From: Tubiluchus corallicola
Taxonomy: Eukaryota; Animalia; Priapulida
Reading direction: 5' to 3'
Assembly: GCA_030141605.1 (NCBI GenBank)
Contig: JAQGDQ010000046.1
Location: 1 to 64,000, forward strand
Length of the DNA stretch: 64,000 bases
Shown here: piece after piece, positions 45,560 through 61,100 of the stretch
Layout of the letters: each line of letters starts with the position of its first letter
Numbering within the stretch: position 1 is the stretch's first letter
Program-made: the position numbers and the translations under genes
The notes under the pieces: generated by a model
Databases searched by the model: none
What the model was told of the DNA's origin: nothing
The model's input: only the letters and a program-made list of their open reading frames with translations

Positions 45560-46150
45560 TAGCCAAGTTTACTAGTAGTAGTACGCCTCGGCATTGCTTA
45601 AAACCATAAAGGTGTAATAATTGCACATTTCCTTTACATCTCATAAACGTAATATGACTCTACGTGCATAGACAACTGCCTCAAATATAATCTTTACTGC
45701 AGTATCGGTCCCCAGAATCCTAATAACATGTTTTCATAATTACAACTTATTATTAAGTATATTTTGTAGGCTGTACAATCTGTTAAACCGAGACGAGCAA
45801 AATTGCACGTACAATTTTTAACAAAAATCTAGACAAAACTCTGACGACCGTTAAAGCGTTTAACGTAGGCTTTACGTAGCCTTAGATATCAAAGTTTTGA
45901 AGTTATGTCAGCACAGACTAAAAAAAGGCAAACTTACTCAATTCGTGAAAAATTTAACACCTACAACCTGTTTGACTTTCACCTAATTTCTTTAAATTAG
46001 TAAATCAAGGAAATCGATATTGTTGCCATCTACCGGTTATTTAAATAAGTGTGACTTTAATTTAGGTGAACTTTATTACCATATTGAGTCTCCACTGAAG
46101 AAATCAAATGTCTTAGTATATTTATGCACCGGATAACACGATTACTTGGA
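45560..46150 (-). promoter_or_regulatory. Probable COX6B promoter and non-coding first exon (minus-strand donor GA|GTAAGT, exon ending at 45938)
   Basis: The COX6B ATG exon begins with an acceptor, so an upstream exon is required. A consensus donor sits at 45937-45932 inside a locally CpG-rich patch surrounded by CpG-poor DNA. Confidence 0.5.
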
Positions 46151-48958
46151 AAAACACATGTACTGTATAATTACAGACAACAAAATCAGCAAAATAAGTG
46201 AAGTAACAGCTAGAATACGACACTAAAATTATACATAAATGTAGACGCATTAATTAAGGCTCCCATATTTTGCTGTTGGCATGCCATTACTTGGGGTAAA
46301 GCTTTAGCCTCCACCTTAAAATTGCTAGTCACAAGACAAAACTTGTGAAGTTTTTAAAATATTAGCACATTACTTTTTTGCATAGCAAATTGGTGCCAGG
46401 TCAGGTGCCATGGTAACTATAATAGTATAATTTGAAGTCAAATACAAACTATTGAGTAAGCAAGATAACAGTTCTGTAGTTTAAACTGTTGTTTGTAAGT
46501 TTCAACTATCTTGCAGTGAGATTTTAGTACTGCTGATTGATAGGACTTGGAAAGCTAGCTTATATGCTGCTGCAAAATCAGTAAGTATTACCTTATCTTC
46601 ATAGCAGTAGGCCTATTTATAGAATGAGATCTCAACAATAACAGCTATTGCATTTACACATGCAATTACACCTGAACATTCGCTCTGAGTATCTGAGTTT
46701 GATGAAATGCATATCATAAATTGCCGTGCATGAGACGGCAAGGCACATGGAAATAATATTATCTCAAGTAATAGATATATTGGGACTTTGATGATTATTA
46801 GAATGTGGAACAGTTTTGTCATTAATAAGGAAAGGGAATATCCAAAATTTTTCTGTTAAAATTATGAGAAAAGGACATTGTAAGCAAAAATTTATGTCCC
46901 TTTGCATGAAAAAGTGCCACACAGATTATATCTACCGGTCTTTGAAGATTTTCAAGCCCCGCTTAGTTTTAAATTATAAAAAATAACTTAGTGCTGATCA
47001 TAATTAAAGTGATATGATAATCCTTAAGTAAGTGATATATATATTGTGTATTTGCCCACACAGCACAACTTTAAATATCAATTACATATAGTTCCAAATG
47101 TAGTTCATTTTAAATCAGAAATTCAGCTAATTTTGTCAGTATATTTTAATTCATAATCTGTTATGAGTTTTGCTTCTGGCAAAATGTGCAAAGTAGTTTT
47201 AGATTAGCTTGAGCTTTGCTGTGTTTTGGTTGCTTTTAATCACTTGGCTCTTGTTGCTATTTATTTTAACTATGCATACTGTTTCACTATTATGAACATT
47301 TTCAGTTTCGTTTGTTTGACAATGTTTACATTTAACTTAGTTATTTATTGGCCTAATTCATTATAACAATTGTTCTCGATATCCTCTTTGTTCATAACCT
47401 TTGCTTTTGTTTTTGTTGCCTGACGTACGTTGTTGTTAATACTCAAGTTATACACTTGTGTTAATGTTAAGGTCTTTAATTTTAAAATTTGAACTATTTC
47501 AGATTGGATGACTTTAATAAAATCAATTGAATTGAATTGGCGCCTGGTTCAGCCGTATCATATAATACCTATGGCCGCAGCAAAGCCATGGACTTTGCAT
47601 AAAGCTGTTGTTAACTTAATTCCAAGATATCCACTAATGCACAGTCACGTGTGTAATATTGTGGAAGAAGATGTGAAATTCCAGAAAGTTTGATGAAATT
47701 AAAACTGGTAATATATGTAGAGGGCATTAAACATCGGCACTGCAAATGACGTTTTAAAACACTACGTTTATCATCTTTGCAGCCGAAGCGTTGTTCCTTG
47801 GGACTTTAGCGGGTGAAACTATCTGTCTTGTTGCCTGAAGTTTTAATTTTTCATAGTAATTTTGGCTTCTTAGACTTAAAGCATGATTGACGTGAAGCAG
47901 ACATATGTCTGTGTCTATGTTCCACTTGTTCACTACACGGCGTGAGAAAAATGTACTTTAGTTCTTGCATAGGGTTTAAACGGTTTCTTAGAATTAACCG
48001 CAAGTGGGTAATAGAGGTGCAACCTTGTAGTTGTACTATAGTTTATCACAGCTAACGCGGTTGTCTGCATTTAAGTACTTGAATACCTCATTCAGGTCAG
48101 CTGTTTCCCTTTTCTGTTGGAGTGAACATATCTCAGGATGCAAATCGGCAGTATAACATAACTGCAGACAATTACTTACCTTGAGTAGCATCAACTTGTA
48201 GTAGTTGTACAGGACTTTATGGTCGTATGTTGCCCTCGCATTTGGCATTCTTTTGTTGTATCTTGATGTAATACTAATACTGCCCATGTGTGCGAAATAA
48301 AATGATTCTTACCTTGAGCTTTCTGCAATCTCTAGATGTCAGATTGTAGTAATGGTTACCATACTGCACTAGAGTATTCAAGTAACGGTGGCATATAAGT
48401 TTTAGAGAGATTTAACACCTACTTACCAGTTAACAAAACATCTGTTAATCAATCCAATCATCCGATTCGCCTTATTGCATATGCTAGTGATATGTGCAAT
48501 GGGCAAATTCATGTTCACTAGCACATTGGCCTTCTGTGTAACATTTTTGCCTTGTGTCAAAATTTAAATGCTATATAACACCCTTACTGTGATCATTGGG
48601 AATTAGCAGTGTGTTGAATTTTCACATAATAATTAAAAAAGAGTAGAACAAGGAAAGGGATTGATTTATTTGTGTATTTTCTACTTTTATGTTAATTACT
48701 ATTCAATTTGCTTTGTTTGGATCTTTTTTCTAGTTTTTTTCTCACCATTCTCTTGTTTCTGATTCCTTCCTGTCTCAAATTTTGTTTTTTATGCGTGCTG
48801 CTTTAGGTTAGGACTATTGCATTAAATTTACAACTTTCACTGACACAGTGTTTAGATTAGTAATACTCGCCATTACTCACTAATAGGTTGCATTACTAAT
48901 CGTTAATGAAAAATTTTTTTTGTTCTTTTTTTGTTAGTGACTGAGGCCTGCTATCAAC

Positions 48959-49108
48959 ATGTCTAAACAGCCTCAAATAAAACCCAAGGAAACTTTACCA
49001 GACAAAATTAAAAACTTATTTGGACGTAGTAAGGGACTCCCTGTTTCATCTGCTGGGAGTGCTGCTCCACGTATAAATGAATTTGTTTTTACTACAGATA
49101 TCCTCAAG
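48959..49108 (+). CDS. TSC2: TSC2 coding exon 1 (acceptor at 48937)
   Basis: [32 protein letters not shown]|gttagt. Confidence 0.88.
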
Positions 49109-52100
49109 GTTAGTTTGATGTAAGCTTATTTTTTGTGTCATTTATGCATCAGATTCCAGAATGTGCAAATTTGATGCATCATGCAGCAAGTAACTACATT
49201 GCTGCTTGTGCTTGTGATGTGTTAAATTTAAATGAAAATAAGACTGGAAGATTAAAAAATATATAATTTTTAGTTTAAACCTTTTTCAAAAGCAAACACT
49301 ACAAAAATGCAGCTTATTTGTTTGCTTTACCAATGTTTTAGCTATCCCCTTTGGGATTGTTCACATAAGGTTTGCACTAAGACATTTCGGCCTTGGGGCA
49401 GCTCTGTTTCAGATTTGGTCCATAGCTACTTGACCTACGGCGATCATTAAAGTATTGGGAAACAAGATCGATTTTTTGTCTGGCCACTGTCCAAAAGCAC
49501 TGTATACTTGTTATAAGCAACAGCAAATACGATTGATAAAAGAAAAGAAGTCATGGTGCAAATTATGTTTGTGTAAATTACAGCATATGTTTTAACAAAA
49601 ATCATGCCTTTTCTTCAGCCTTCATGTGGTGTAAACACTGTAGCTAGTATAAAATATTTAGAACATGTCAAACAGTATATAAAATTTGATGAGTTCAATC
49701 AAAAATTGCCCAATCCTTTTTCCGTTTGTTTCTTTTTCAGCTGCTTACTTCATGAATCATAGGTTTGTGTAAGATTGACAGCTTTTTATAAACATAGCAG
49801 TCCATTAGAATTTACGTACGAACCAGTTTTAATTAAAGTCCAGATGTTTTGCAAGCATGGCTGATTAATGTTTTGTGTTAATATTAGGTTTATTTTATGA
49901 TATAACCATCTGTATTATTTTATTGTAGAAATTGAACTTATTTGTTATTAGGAACTCGGAATTGATAGCCCGGTGTCTACACGAGTAAATCGTCTGAATG
50001 ACCTCTGTGACCTTGTGCAGTGCAAAAGACTTGAAGAGGTAACCATCAGTACTTGAACTGATTTTCTTCAATTATTTCAACTTTCTCAAAATTTGTTTTT
50101 CCGGCAGCTGCATAAAGACTGATTACTTATAGTGAGAATCTTTGTTATTATGAACCATTGCACTAGGCCTATTGACAGAAGTACACGTATTACATGAAAA
50201 TAAATCTTGTATTTACAAGTTTAGTTGTGTCTGTTAAATGAGGTTGTTTTTTATAATTATTGCAAATGGTTTTTTTTTATCTTCCCATTACAAGCACTCA
50301 CAGTTACTGTTGTTTGAACTACACCATTTCAAAACTTCATTACAACAGTGGTATCCTATACGACTGTACAGTATGTTGAGTAACTATTGTTAGACAAAGC
50401 TTTATGGGAAGATAGCTTCACAATTTGTATTTTGGGGGATTGTTTTGTTCATTTGTAGTGAAAGTAAATACCTAACTGCATCAGAAACATCTAGCCACAG
50501 CACTGGCATAATCCTTAAATACATTAAATTTCGCATTTAATAATGACTACGTTGAATTTCTTTTTTACGTTAATCTTATAATGAGTTAATGAGTATTTTT
50601 ATTGTGAAAATGCTGTAGAAGTCTTTTGACTGATATTCAAGCTCCAGTGGAAAACTGCCATCTGGAAAATTTCCTTTTTGTTCATGTACTGAATGCATGC
50701 ATCATAAAGCATATTAAACTTGAGCTATAAAGTGATCCTGTAACGAGTGTTTGTGTTATAGAATGCTGTAGAAGTGTTATGGTTAACTATAGCTGATATG
50801 CTGCATGCTCAAGCTCCACTGGAAAGCCGCCATCTTGTATTGAAGTTTCTGCAGTGCTTGATCATCGGGCAGAATGAGCAGTTAGGCATTATGAGAGCAT
50901 ACTTTTTTGCTGTTTTGAAAGACCATGATGTGGCAGAAGATACCGTGCCAAGGTGACCATCCTATAATTAGCAAGTAGCCAGTTAGTCCTCATATCTGGA
51001 AGTGTATAGGTTTTTGATAGATTAGCAAAATTCATTGAAAAATAGTCATTTGGGTGCAGTTGTTGTTATACCCAATGACCTAAAAATTCCTGCAAAGTCT
51101 TTAATAAAAAAATTGTGGATATTTTGCATCATAGATGGTGTTGCAGCAATTAATGTATAGCATTTCCCTATAATCTAACTTATCTTTGAAAGCTGATATA
51201 AGTGCTCTTTAGTAGACAAATTTCTGCTAATTTAACTTTGACAGATTAACGGTAAGAAACAATGTAATTATTTTCTGGAAAATGGTACGAAATTTGACTG
51301 CAAAGTGATGGGGTGAACCGTTTGAATTTCCGGTTGAACATTTATTCCGATTAGCCCTGGAAATGATATTTTTGTGCTTCTGTTTGACGTAGTTTGATCC
51401 TTAGCTCGTACACTGTTTAGCAGATGTGGTTCGTCATTTAATGTAATACTTTTGTTGTTAAAACTCTTACTCAGTCCTCGACGAAAGAACCAAAGTAATG
51501 ATCAAATTAAGTATCTCGAATTTCTCGAGGTATCGATAACCTACACTAGATGTAACAACACGTGCAGCTGCAAATTTGCGATGTTGAAAAAGACTTCCAT
51601 CCTACATTCAGTGCAGGTGTATCACATAACTACATCCAACAACATTCAAATTTGTGGGCAGCAAATTTTCTTTTTTTTTTCTACCAAAAATTCAACTTCT
51701 GTTTGTTGTTACATTTGTTTTGCTCATTATCATGCAGAGCAATTTTGTTCAATATGCAGGTGACTTATAAGCAGAACAATGGTCGGTTCGACACGATTTT
51801 GGCTGCAGCTATTTCTGCGTTTGCTCCAGCTTGACTAGATTCTAGTGTGAAAAGTTTGGTAGTGGCTCGATTCCATAAATTAGAGAAATTAAAGCTTCAT
51901 CTTATCACTACCTACTACATAATATCTTTATCACCGCATATCGTATTTTGATGCTTTACTATTTTAATAAATTTTAATAATTTTAATTAATGCTTTACAA
52001 TTTAATAAATAATAAGTTTCAGTTTTTAAGGCATTTTTAAAAGTAAATTTATTTTTCAGAAATAATTACTATAACTGGAATTCTGCTGCGATTGGTTTTT

Positions 52101-55100
52101 ATATATAACATATACATTAATTTATGGTATAAGAGTTCAAAGCTTATGCATTTATGCATAGTAAGCATCTGAAAATATGTTTATATAATTTACTAATCTA
52201 TTTTCTAGATTTGAAGCCTTCAGTGCACTGTGTGAAGCTGGTAAAGATTTGTATAATTTTGAGGAAGAAGTTGGTCCCTTTCTCTTACAATGGATGCCAA
52301 ATGTCTTGCATTCTTCCTGTGCTCTTGAGTTACTTGCACTACTGGTGAATGTTGTAAAGTATAATGCTACCTATTTGGATCAAGATATTGTTTCTGGCCT
52401 TGTTCAGTGAGTAGCCATTGATTTTATTCACTAAAAAACTTAATTTTCTTTTTTATTACATACAATTTTCTGATCCCTACAAAATAGGTACATAGTATTT
52501 GGACATCATTTTCGTCGTCAACTAGTTTGTAAAGCAATGGTAGATACACTATGATTTAGTTTGTATGCCTTATTTGATGTAATCAGTACATTCAATGATG
52601 GCAAATCTCTTTTGTATGTTTGTGCTTATTAATATCAACATTAATGTTAATGCATCATCATACATGCCAGGCATAATGGACTTGCTACATCTGACATAGC
52701 TGTGTACTGTCACTGAACGATGAAACTTTTAATCGTATGCACACCTTTAATTGCTGGCTAAGTGGCTGCCATGGCACATAAAAGAATTATGCCTAAAGCA
52801 TTTCACTTGTTAATTGCATTATTAATGATAATTATTAATTTTTTATTTTTAGACACGTTTGTGAACACATACTTCACTGCATGCAGACAAATGCAAGCTC
52901 AAATGATATTGAGGTATTATTATTTAAATGTGGTGCTTTAATTGTGCATTATAGGTGATTCCAAAACAGCGTATTTAACATGTTTGAAACCTTTACATTA
53001 AACTCTAAAGCAAGACTAATACCACAATATTCAAGACAAAATGAAAACCAGAAAAGTAGGAACAAACATGAAAATTGAGAGGAAAACCAGTTAAATGAAA
53101 TGCTGGTAAAGTGATTTTGGTGCATTTAATTGTAAAGGTAAATGCTTTTCTATGTAAAAAAACTAAAAAGCTCATCTTCACTATGATTACTGTTTAGTTA
53201 TATTTCTTTGCATTTGTGAGAATAGTTGTTCTAAATTTCGCTTTTTAAATTATTTCAAACGTACATGTCAATTTAGCCAGATGTTTAAATTTATGTTTAG
53301 ATGTGCACAAAGGTGCTAGATGCAGTTATTTGCTACAGCTTCTTACCTGCTGACTCATTATCAGCTGTGATTACCACTCTTTGCTGGACAGTTAATAGGC
53401 AAGATTTATGCAAGAACAGCTGGGAAGTGAGTTAACTGTCATTTGTGCTTTAACTTAAAACTTACTTCTGCGATGCGATCGACAATTTGCCGTAGTTGTT
53501 TCAGATATTACTTTTTCGATTTTGATTGGCTTTTACTTTAACCAATTCATTTAATTTTTAGAACTTTCTAAATTCTGATAGCAAATGATTGTTATCGTAA
53601 TTTGTTTTTTCTGTTTATTATTTGTTGTTACATGTCACAATCAGGTTTTTTATGTGCTAAATTATACATTATGTTTCTAAAAAATTCTTTTCATTTCATG
53701 ATAACTCCTGCAAGTTTGTCAAAATATTGTGTTTAAAAACTTTTAAACTTTTCTTGTCATTCGTGTTTACTTATGTTGGTTTAAGAAGTGCAATATGTCT
53801 ATTATGTCAGTTAATTAATGGCAAAAAGCTTTGATGGTACAAATTAAATGTTTATCGTGCTGTCCTAACAAGTCGGTGTGTTAGCATAACGGATTCCGAA
53901 AGATAAAAGGTAGAGCACTGCTTTTGCATTTGCAAGTCACGAGTCTAGTCTTTTCAGTGCTTTTCTATACCTAAGTTACCGACACTTAGTTTAGACAGAA
54001 TTTGATGATGACTCCTGCAAAAGGGAGTAGAAATTTTATGATTAAAATATTATAAGTCACCTCTAGCCCTCATTTTTATTTGTGTTAGCTAACTAAGTGC
54101 TGTATTTAGAAGTGCTAATTGTAAATTTTTGTTTTTGTTCCTTTATTTAAAATCTTTAATTAAATTTTTTGCCTACATAGTACAAGTGTGAATGTACTAC
54201 ATATGTTCGTCTGTCATTGTCTGTATATACCATGCATTATGATTATTTTAGCTGATGAGAAAGTTACTGGGTACCCATCTTGGCCATAGTGCCATATACA
54301 CAATGTGTCGCCTGTTACAAGACAAAGGTAATCTGAGTACAGCAGGATTACTACGCGGTGCTGTTTTCTACATTGGTATGGCATTATGGGGCCATAAACG
54401 TGTGGAGTCATTGAGAAATACTCCTTCATCTGTATTACCTTCTTTCAAACAGGTAAGTCTGTTCTTTGTACTGATTTGTAATGATTTTCATTTTTTGTGT
54501 TTATGAGCTTGAATAGAACATCTGTCAGTGTTAACAAGATGGCAGCAAAAAAAATTTAACATGCGACAATGATAATTAAGTAATAATAATTAAGCTTATT
54601 TTCATGTAGCAGTGAACATTGAATTTTCTGAATAAGAAGTGAATTGATTACTGTGTTACAATTTTATAGGCTTTACAGTGTAACCACAAAACCATTGTCT
54701 ATGAGGTTGTGCTATCTGTATCACGGTTAGTGAAAAAGTACGGATCAGAATTGCCCTTGCTGACATGGGATCTGATCATGGATATTGCCGAGCTAATTCT
54801 CAAACATATTGAAGTAGGTTTTAATGCTGATTTTGTTTGTAAATTATTTTTTTCATGATAAATTGTTAATAGTAAATACTATCTGATAAAAAATTATCAT
54901 GATTTTGTGTTTTCGTGTTTTTCTTTTCAGAAGTTTTGGCATATATTTATGGCTTGATTTTGTAGTACAAGTTTGAAACTTTTCTAAATTATAGTAAAAG
55001 AATTTCAAAGTAATAATGCGTATTTTTGCAGCTGTAATGACAACATTGTTATATTTTAAAATACTTAGTTCATTAGAGTAAAATATTGACGATTAGCTCT

Positions 55101-58100
55101 TCACATGAAGTGTGTATAATTTTTCAGAATGCAGATTACAGCCCTGAATCAGAACTTAATCAGGAGTTACATGATATGCTTACAAATATAGAGGAACAGA
55201 ACATGGGCGGCAACTACTCGGGTTGTCCTGAAAGGCTGTACGACATTGTTGAAAGGTGTTCCCAAACTAGACCGGTATGTACTTCATTTTTTCTTCATTT
55301 TTTCTACAGTATGTAACTTCCATTTTATAGAAATGATTATTAAGTTTAAAAACATTAACAAAGAGCATGATAGTACCTTGTACAAGGATATGTTTTTAAA
55401 TGGTTGTTTGTGCCTTACAATAAGCCAAAATGTACTAAGAAATTCATTTCATATTATTTATAATATTTTTGTTACCTATCAGTTTAAATTGCAGATTGCC
55501 TCATGTACCACTGTGCTAATGTTTGCTAACGATAATTTCAATGAAATAATAGGCATGGTCATTGGCTTCCTAAGTTCTGTGCTGTCTCATTTCAGGAAGA
55601 ATCAGTATTACGGTTAATCAACCATAGAGGGCAGTACATTCATCCTATGAAAGATGGTTGGATTACTAACTTGGCTCATCTACTGGAAAAGTATTTTCAT
55701 CAGGAAACGAGGAGCACAGTCCGTGTTCGCGTACTGGAGAAACTTCAGTTTGTTCTGAATGCTAACAAGCATTTATATGAGGTATGGTGAATGTGGCAAA
55801 ATTCTTTATGACTGAATTAGCTTCTGTTAGCACAGCTAGTACTAGTAATATTACCTGCTTATTGTTAAACTATGTGGAAAATGTGGAGTGTGCTGAAACA
55901 AGTTTTCCCTTCTTTTCTTGAAATAGATTTATTTAAAGACATTTCAGTTTAGCTGCTAAACCATTCTCAACAGAGAAATCTGATATTAAAATTCCCATTG
56001 ATTTTTTTACAAATTACAATTTTTCTGTGGTAAAAACTATAATTTTTTAAAAAAAAGTTTTTATTTGGAATTCATTAAAAAAATTTTAAAGCATTTATCA
56101 CCAATGATTTTTAATGTAAATTTTATGTCTGTTGCATTGTAATAATATTATTTTATGATTAATTTGTGAACTAGCTAAATTTTAGAGTGACTTTAGTTCA
56201 AAATAAATGTTACACATTAGGTTTATGAATTGATAGTTAATGTGAGCTTTTACCTTCTATAGATCTTTATCATCACTGCATAAGTTATATGTTACAATTA
56301 AAATAATTTACACTGCTAAGGACTACTAAATTTGAGCTAAGAGTAAGCACAGTTGAATAAAAATAAAGTAAGATGTTGAGACACATATAAAGTACATGCT
56401 GTTGCTTTTGCATTGCTGTTCTCTGGGCAAGCGATAATCTCATTTGAAAAAAGGCGAGAATCCATAAATGCTTGAACGTTGCATCATTCCTGGTTTATAC
56501 TTTGTGCATGTTGTCGGTATTTAGTTTCCAACATCGTAGTTAGCCTATATTGTATGAAGCATTTGTCACTCTTCAAACAAGAGACTTCTATTTTTATAGG
56601 CAGAAGTGGCCCATATAAGCTAGCAATAACCAGCTTGTCAGATATCTTCAAAATACTGGATGATTTTTGGTTGCTTCCATAAGCAAAAATTAATCATTTT
56701 GAATGGCATCGAACGCTGTACAATGTTCCACGCTTTTAAGGCAAAGTGGCTGATTTTTTTCACATTCTACTGAACTATCATTTTGTACCATTTTTGAAAG
56801 TTGCTGGCAGAGGCCGAACCAGTTTATGGAAAGTTTACCCAAGTGCTTAGTGCTTAGCGGTTTAGTGCTTTGGTGTGTTAAAATTCCTACAGGCTCTGTC
56901 TAAGGATATAGGACTACTAAATGTGGTAATAAGCTCACTGTGACAATGTGACTTATTGTTACCAACTGACATAAAATTTAAAGAATGAATCTGATCCAGC
57001 CAGTGCTTTCGCTTCTCTACCAATTTGCTTTGGAAAAAGTTATTCCTTATCTATAGTTGTTTTTATTTCTCTGTCTATGCGTAAGTGTATGCTTACTGTG
57101 ACTGCTTTATAGTTCACTTGTTTTCAATGTGATAAGTTTTATTTGTGATATTTAGTTCATGAATGTACTGATATGTTAATGTTACTCAAAAAACGCTTTA
57201 CTTAATACAGACATTTCGACACTAAATCTTATTGAGTCTCATAATAATTAATATTAATTATTTTTGCAGGATGATTTGATTGAAAAAGCTGTGATACCAT
57301 ACCTGTCTCATATTGACTCGGATGAACAAGCAGCAGTTCGCGAAGTTGCAGTCGCTTTACTTGTAGAGTTGTGCCAAGGTTGCCAGTCCAAACGATGTCT
57401 CGACCTCTTGGGCATTATCAGCAATGTATCTAAGAGCAAACTATTTTTATATTAATTCTTTGCTATTAAAATATTTATTGCAGTTTCTAAAACATTTATA
57501 GTTAATTGTTGTTTTAACTGAATGAAAGTGAGTATTTTGCAAGTCTTCAATCTGGCTTAATATATATAAATATGGCAACCATATGAATTCTCCCTGGAAA
57601 AAAACGAGATGTTTTGAAGTTGATTATTTCTTGCAAAGCTTAATTCTTTTGTTTTAGTTTGGTAATAATTTAATGGTTATACTTTTGTTTGTTTATGTTC
57701 TATATTTTTTAACATTTAATTTTTCTTACACTGAAGACATGGTTTAAAGATATACTTAGAGTGTTTTTACAACTGCACAATTTTGTTGTTACCAAAACTG
57801 CATTTTCCTCTGCAGGTTTGCAAGCGTCCACTTGATCAGCGAGTGTCATCAAAAGTTGGTGCTGTACCAGCTTCATTAGGAACTGAAGTGAGTTTGGTAA
57901 AATCACCAATCTTGCCAACTGAAGTTTGTGACATAGAAACAGCCGTACTAGGCGTTATTGACATTTTCAAGGTACATCTGCTGTACATGCACTTGCTTAA
58001 ATAAATCCTTAGAATATCTGCTTTAGTAAGGTATAAAGTGGTACTGTAATATTATTCTTGCATTGCTGCTGTTCTGTGCAATCGAAGGTGATCGCACAAG

Positions 58101-61100
58101 TTCATGCAGGCTCAAAATCTCGCAGCTATACAACTGTCGCTTGATTACTTATTAGTAAAAAAGTAATTGGCTGGTCTATTAGTAATTATAGCAATGATTT
58201 ACAGTTGCTTGTACTTTTATGGTTACTACTGCAGAAGAGCTTAACTGATTTATGAATTTGAAAAAACAACTTTTTTGACAAACTAGCCAAAATGTCCCCT
58301 AAATTATTACCTTTTTTTGTTAACGATATATGTAATCATCATCACAGTATTATCTTGTTATTTCACTGGAAATAAGACTTTGATCAATTTTGAACTGAAA
58401 GAATCCCATGTTGCTGCATTCTATCTTTAGTAGTGATTACGATGACTTAATTTTATGTTTTCTGTAGGTGAAGTTTTCACGTTTGCCTTCTAGCCAAGCT
58501 GTTAGGGCTTTTGAAATTCTTGTGAATCACATACAGCTGCAGTACAACTTACCATTAAGTTTTAACATAGCTGTTAATATTAGACACTCTGTGAGTATAC
58601 AGTAATGTCACCATTCTAAATATTTGATGTGTTTTTAACATGCTCATTTGTTCTGATATTTTTCATTTCACTTTAAGTAAACTTGATTTCTAATAAATAA
58701 GGCTGCAATTTTTTAGTATAGTGTTTCTTACCAAAAAAATATTAAAAGTGCTTTAAAACAATTTATTTTGCAAATGTCTGCTTGCAAACCAAAGTCATCC
58801 ATAAGTCAGCATACGGGTATAGTTAAAACTACATCATGATGCATTAAAGTAGAATGCACCAAAAATTTGATAAATGTCAATTTTTTGTTTTTTATAAAAA
58901 CAAATGCTAAATATAGTGGACTTTTGTAGTCTAGCATCAAAATTGCCAAGAAAATGTTCAAAAAACACAAAAAAACATTAAAAATTTCATTTTGCAACCC
59001 CGCACCCACTTCCCTGGCTAGAAACTAGTACTACAATTGTAAAAAAACTTGTATTTTCAAAATCCGATGGCTGCTTGTAGAAGCAGTCATTTTGCTTGGG
59101 TTTATTTCTGCTGCCAAGGCCAGATCTTCATCTGGAAGAGCCATCTACTGGATTTAAACATAACTTCAACGTATTGTTGCGAAATCTATAGAAACCAACA
59201 TTTATACTGTTGCTAAGTGTTTTGTAGAAACACGACAAAAAACAATAACTAACTTTAACAGCGATTTTCTCAAGGTTATGTTTTCAGTGCATATTGTGCA
59301 CTTTAACTTCAATGTATTATCTCAGGTTAGAAATAACATAGAGCGATGAGCTTGGTAGGAAAATAAAATGAAGACTGAAGATATGTGAGTGTGATGCCCT
59401 GTTTATAGGCAATGCACTGTAATTCTCAATGTCATGGAAGGCAGGTACGACTACCCTATAAACGAGGTGTAACACGTGGTTCTGAGGTTCTATAGTGTCA
59501 GATAATTTACTACTAGAATCCTGGAGTCGGGCTAAGGTTTGTTGTTTCGGGGGCATGCGGGACTCGAGCCTCGGAGTCTTAATGAGCTAGTAATATTCAG
59601 TGGTAGATAGGATGCAAAAACTAATTATTAAGTTGTATAACAAGATTTAATTGATTACTACTTTAATAGATTTTAACCAGTAGGAAATCCATAGTTTACA
59701 ATAACAATCAACCACATTCACAGTACAGCAAATAAGAAAAATTATACCCTAGTCTAATAATAGAGAGGGGAGGTGTTAGTGGGGATACAACATGCAAATG
59801 ATGATGCACTCACGATGAGAGCAATCCAATGATGACCATATACAAACAGAATTATGCTAGCTAGCAAACTCTGAACAAAAGTATAAGTCCTGGCTTACCA
59901 AACGTCATGTGAAACTGCAGCTGTTAACCTGTGGGGTAATATCCATGGATTCCCCAATTATGGTTTTCTCCATCAATAATGGACTGGCCACCATAAACTT
60001 CCACCGTGACTTCAGATTTGACTTGAATCCTCAGACAATGTCGGTAAAGGTAACCACCTCATCAAATCAAAGCGACACACTCGTCATAGATCCGTCAACA
60101 CTGTAAACAGTGGCTGTTGACAGAAGAAATAGTGACGTCTATTGCACTATAACATCGACAATGGTATTCGACATTTCTGACTGTTTGTTCACAGGCATGA
60201 AAGATCAGATGATGGTCGTTTTACGCGACCTAAGCCTTTCAATAACTGCCGACTGACAGGTGGCACATCTTGGGCTATAGCTGTAAAGTATGTATCGTAT
60301 ACACTTCATACCTGTACGGGTTTCACACATTTGAAAGGAGCCGTGAATATCGCAGGTATTTCAGAACACAACCACAAGACAAGGGTTAGGACTCATACAG
60401 TACTACATTAATTAGGCTAATAACACAATAACCACTACAGTGACTACTATAATGCAAATAAATTACATTATCAAGTACTATCACTGCAAAGAACTTGACT
60501 GTGAAATAGAAAGGTGACAAACAAGTAAACAAAAGTATGGTAAATAATAGATGGTTTGTCACAGTAAGTAACTAGAAAAGCTCACTTGCTGACTTATGGA
60601 CGATTTTGCTATGCAAGCACACAAATGGCTAAAGTAAGGTGTCAATTGACACCTGTCATAAAATCAAAATTTGGTTACACAAATACAAAATTAGCTTTTA
60701 TTTTCAAGTAATTACTTCTTTAAAATTATAATTGCATTCTTCCAATGATTTGTTGTTTTGACTTGATTTTTGCAAGAAATACCATTTTTCATCTCATCTC
60801 TTGAAAACCTTTTTTGCAGACTCTACATTGGGTATTCAGAATGTTAAACAATGTAGCTAATTCTTTTAAACTGATTAAAAAATTTGACTATTTACAATTT
60901 TATCTCTTAAAAGAATTCCAGTTACCATATTTTCACCTGCAGAAGTATATGCCAAGTCTGGTACTGTTCAATGTCATCAAGCAACAAGATTATGCCATGT
61001 ATGACTTATCAATTTGAACTCCAGCACTAACTGCTAGAAGCAGCTGCTTACATTGTCAATTGACTATGAAGATATTAAAACAAGTTCTGCCTATGTATTT

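Noticed and set aside
57426-57433. Possible U12-type donor GTATCT in TSC2
   Set aside because: Does not match GTATCCTT and no U12 branch site was evident; treated as U2.
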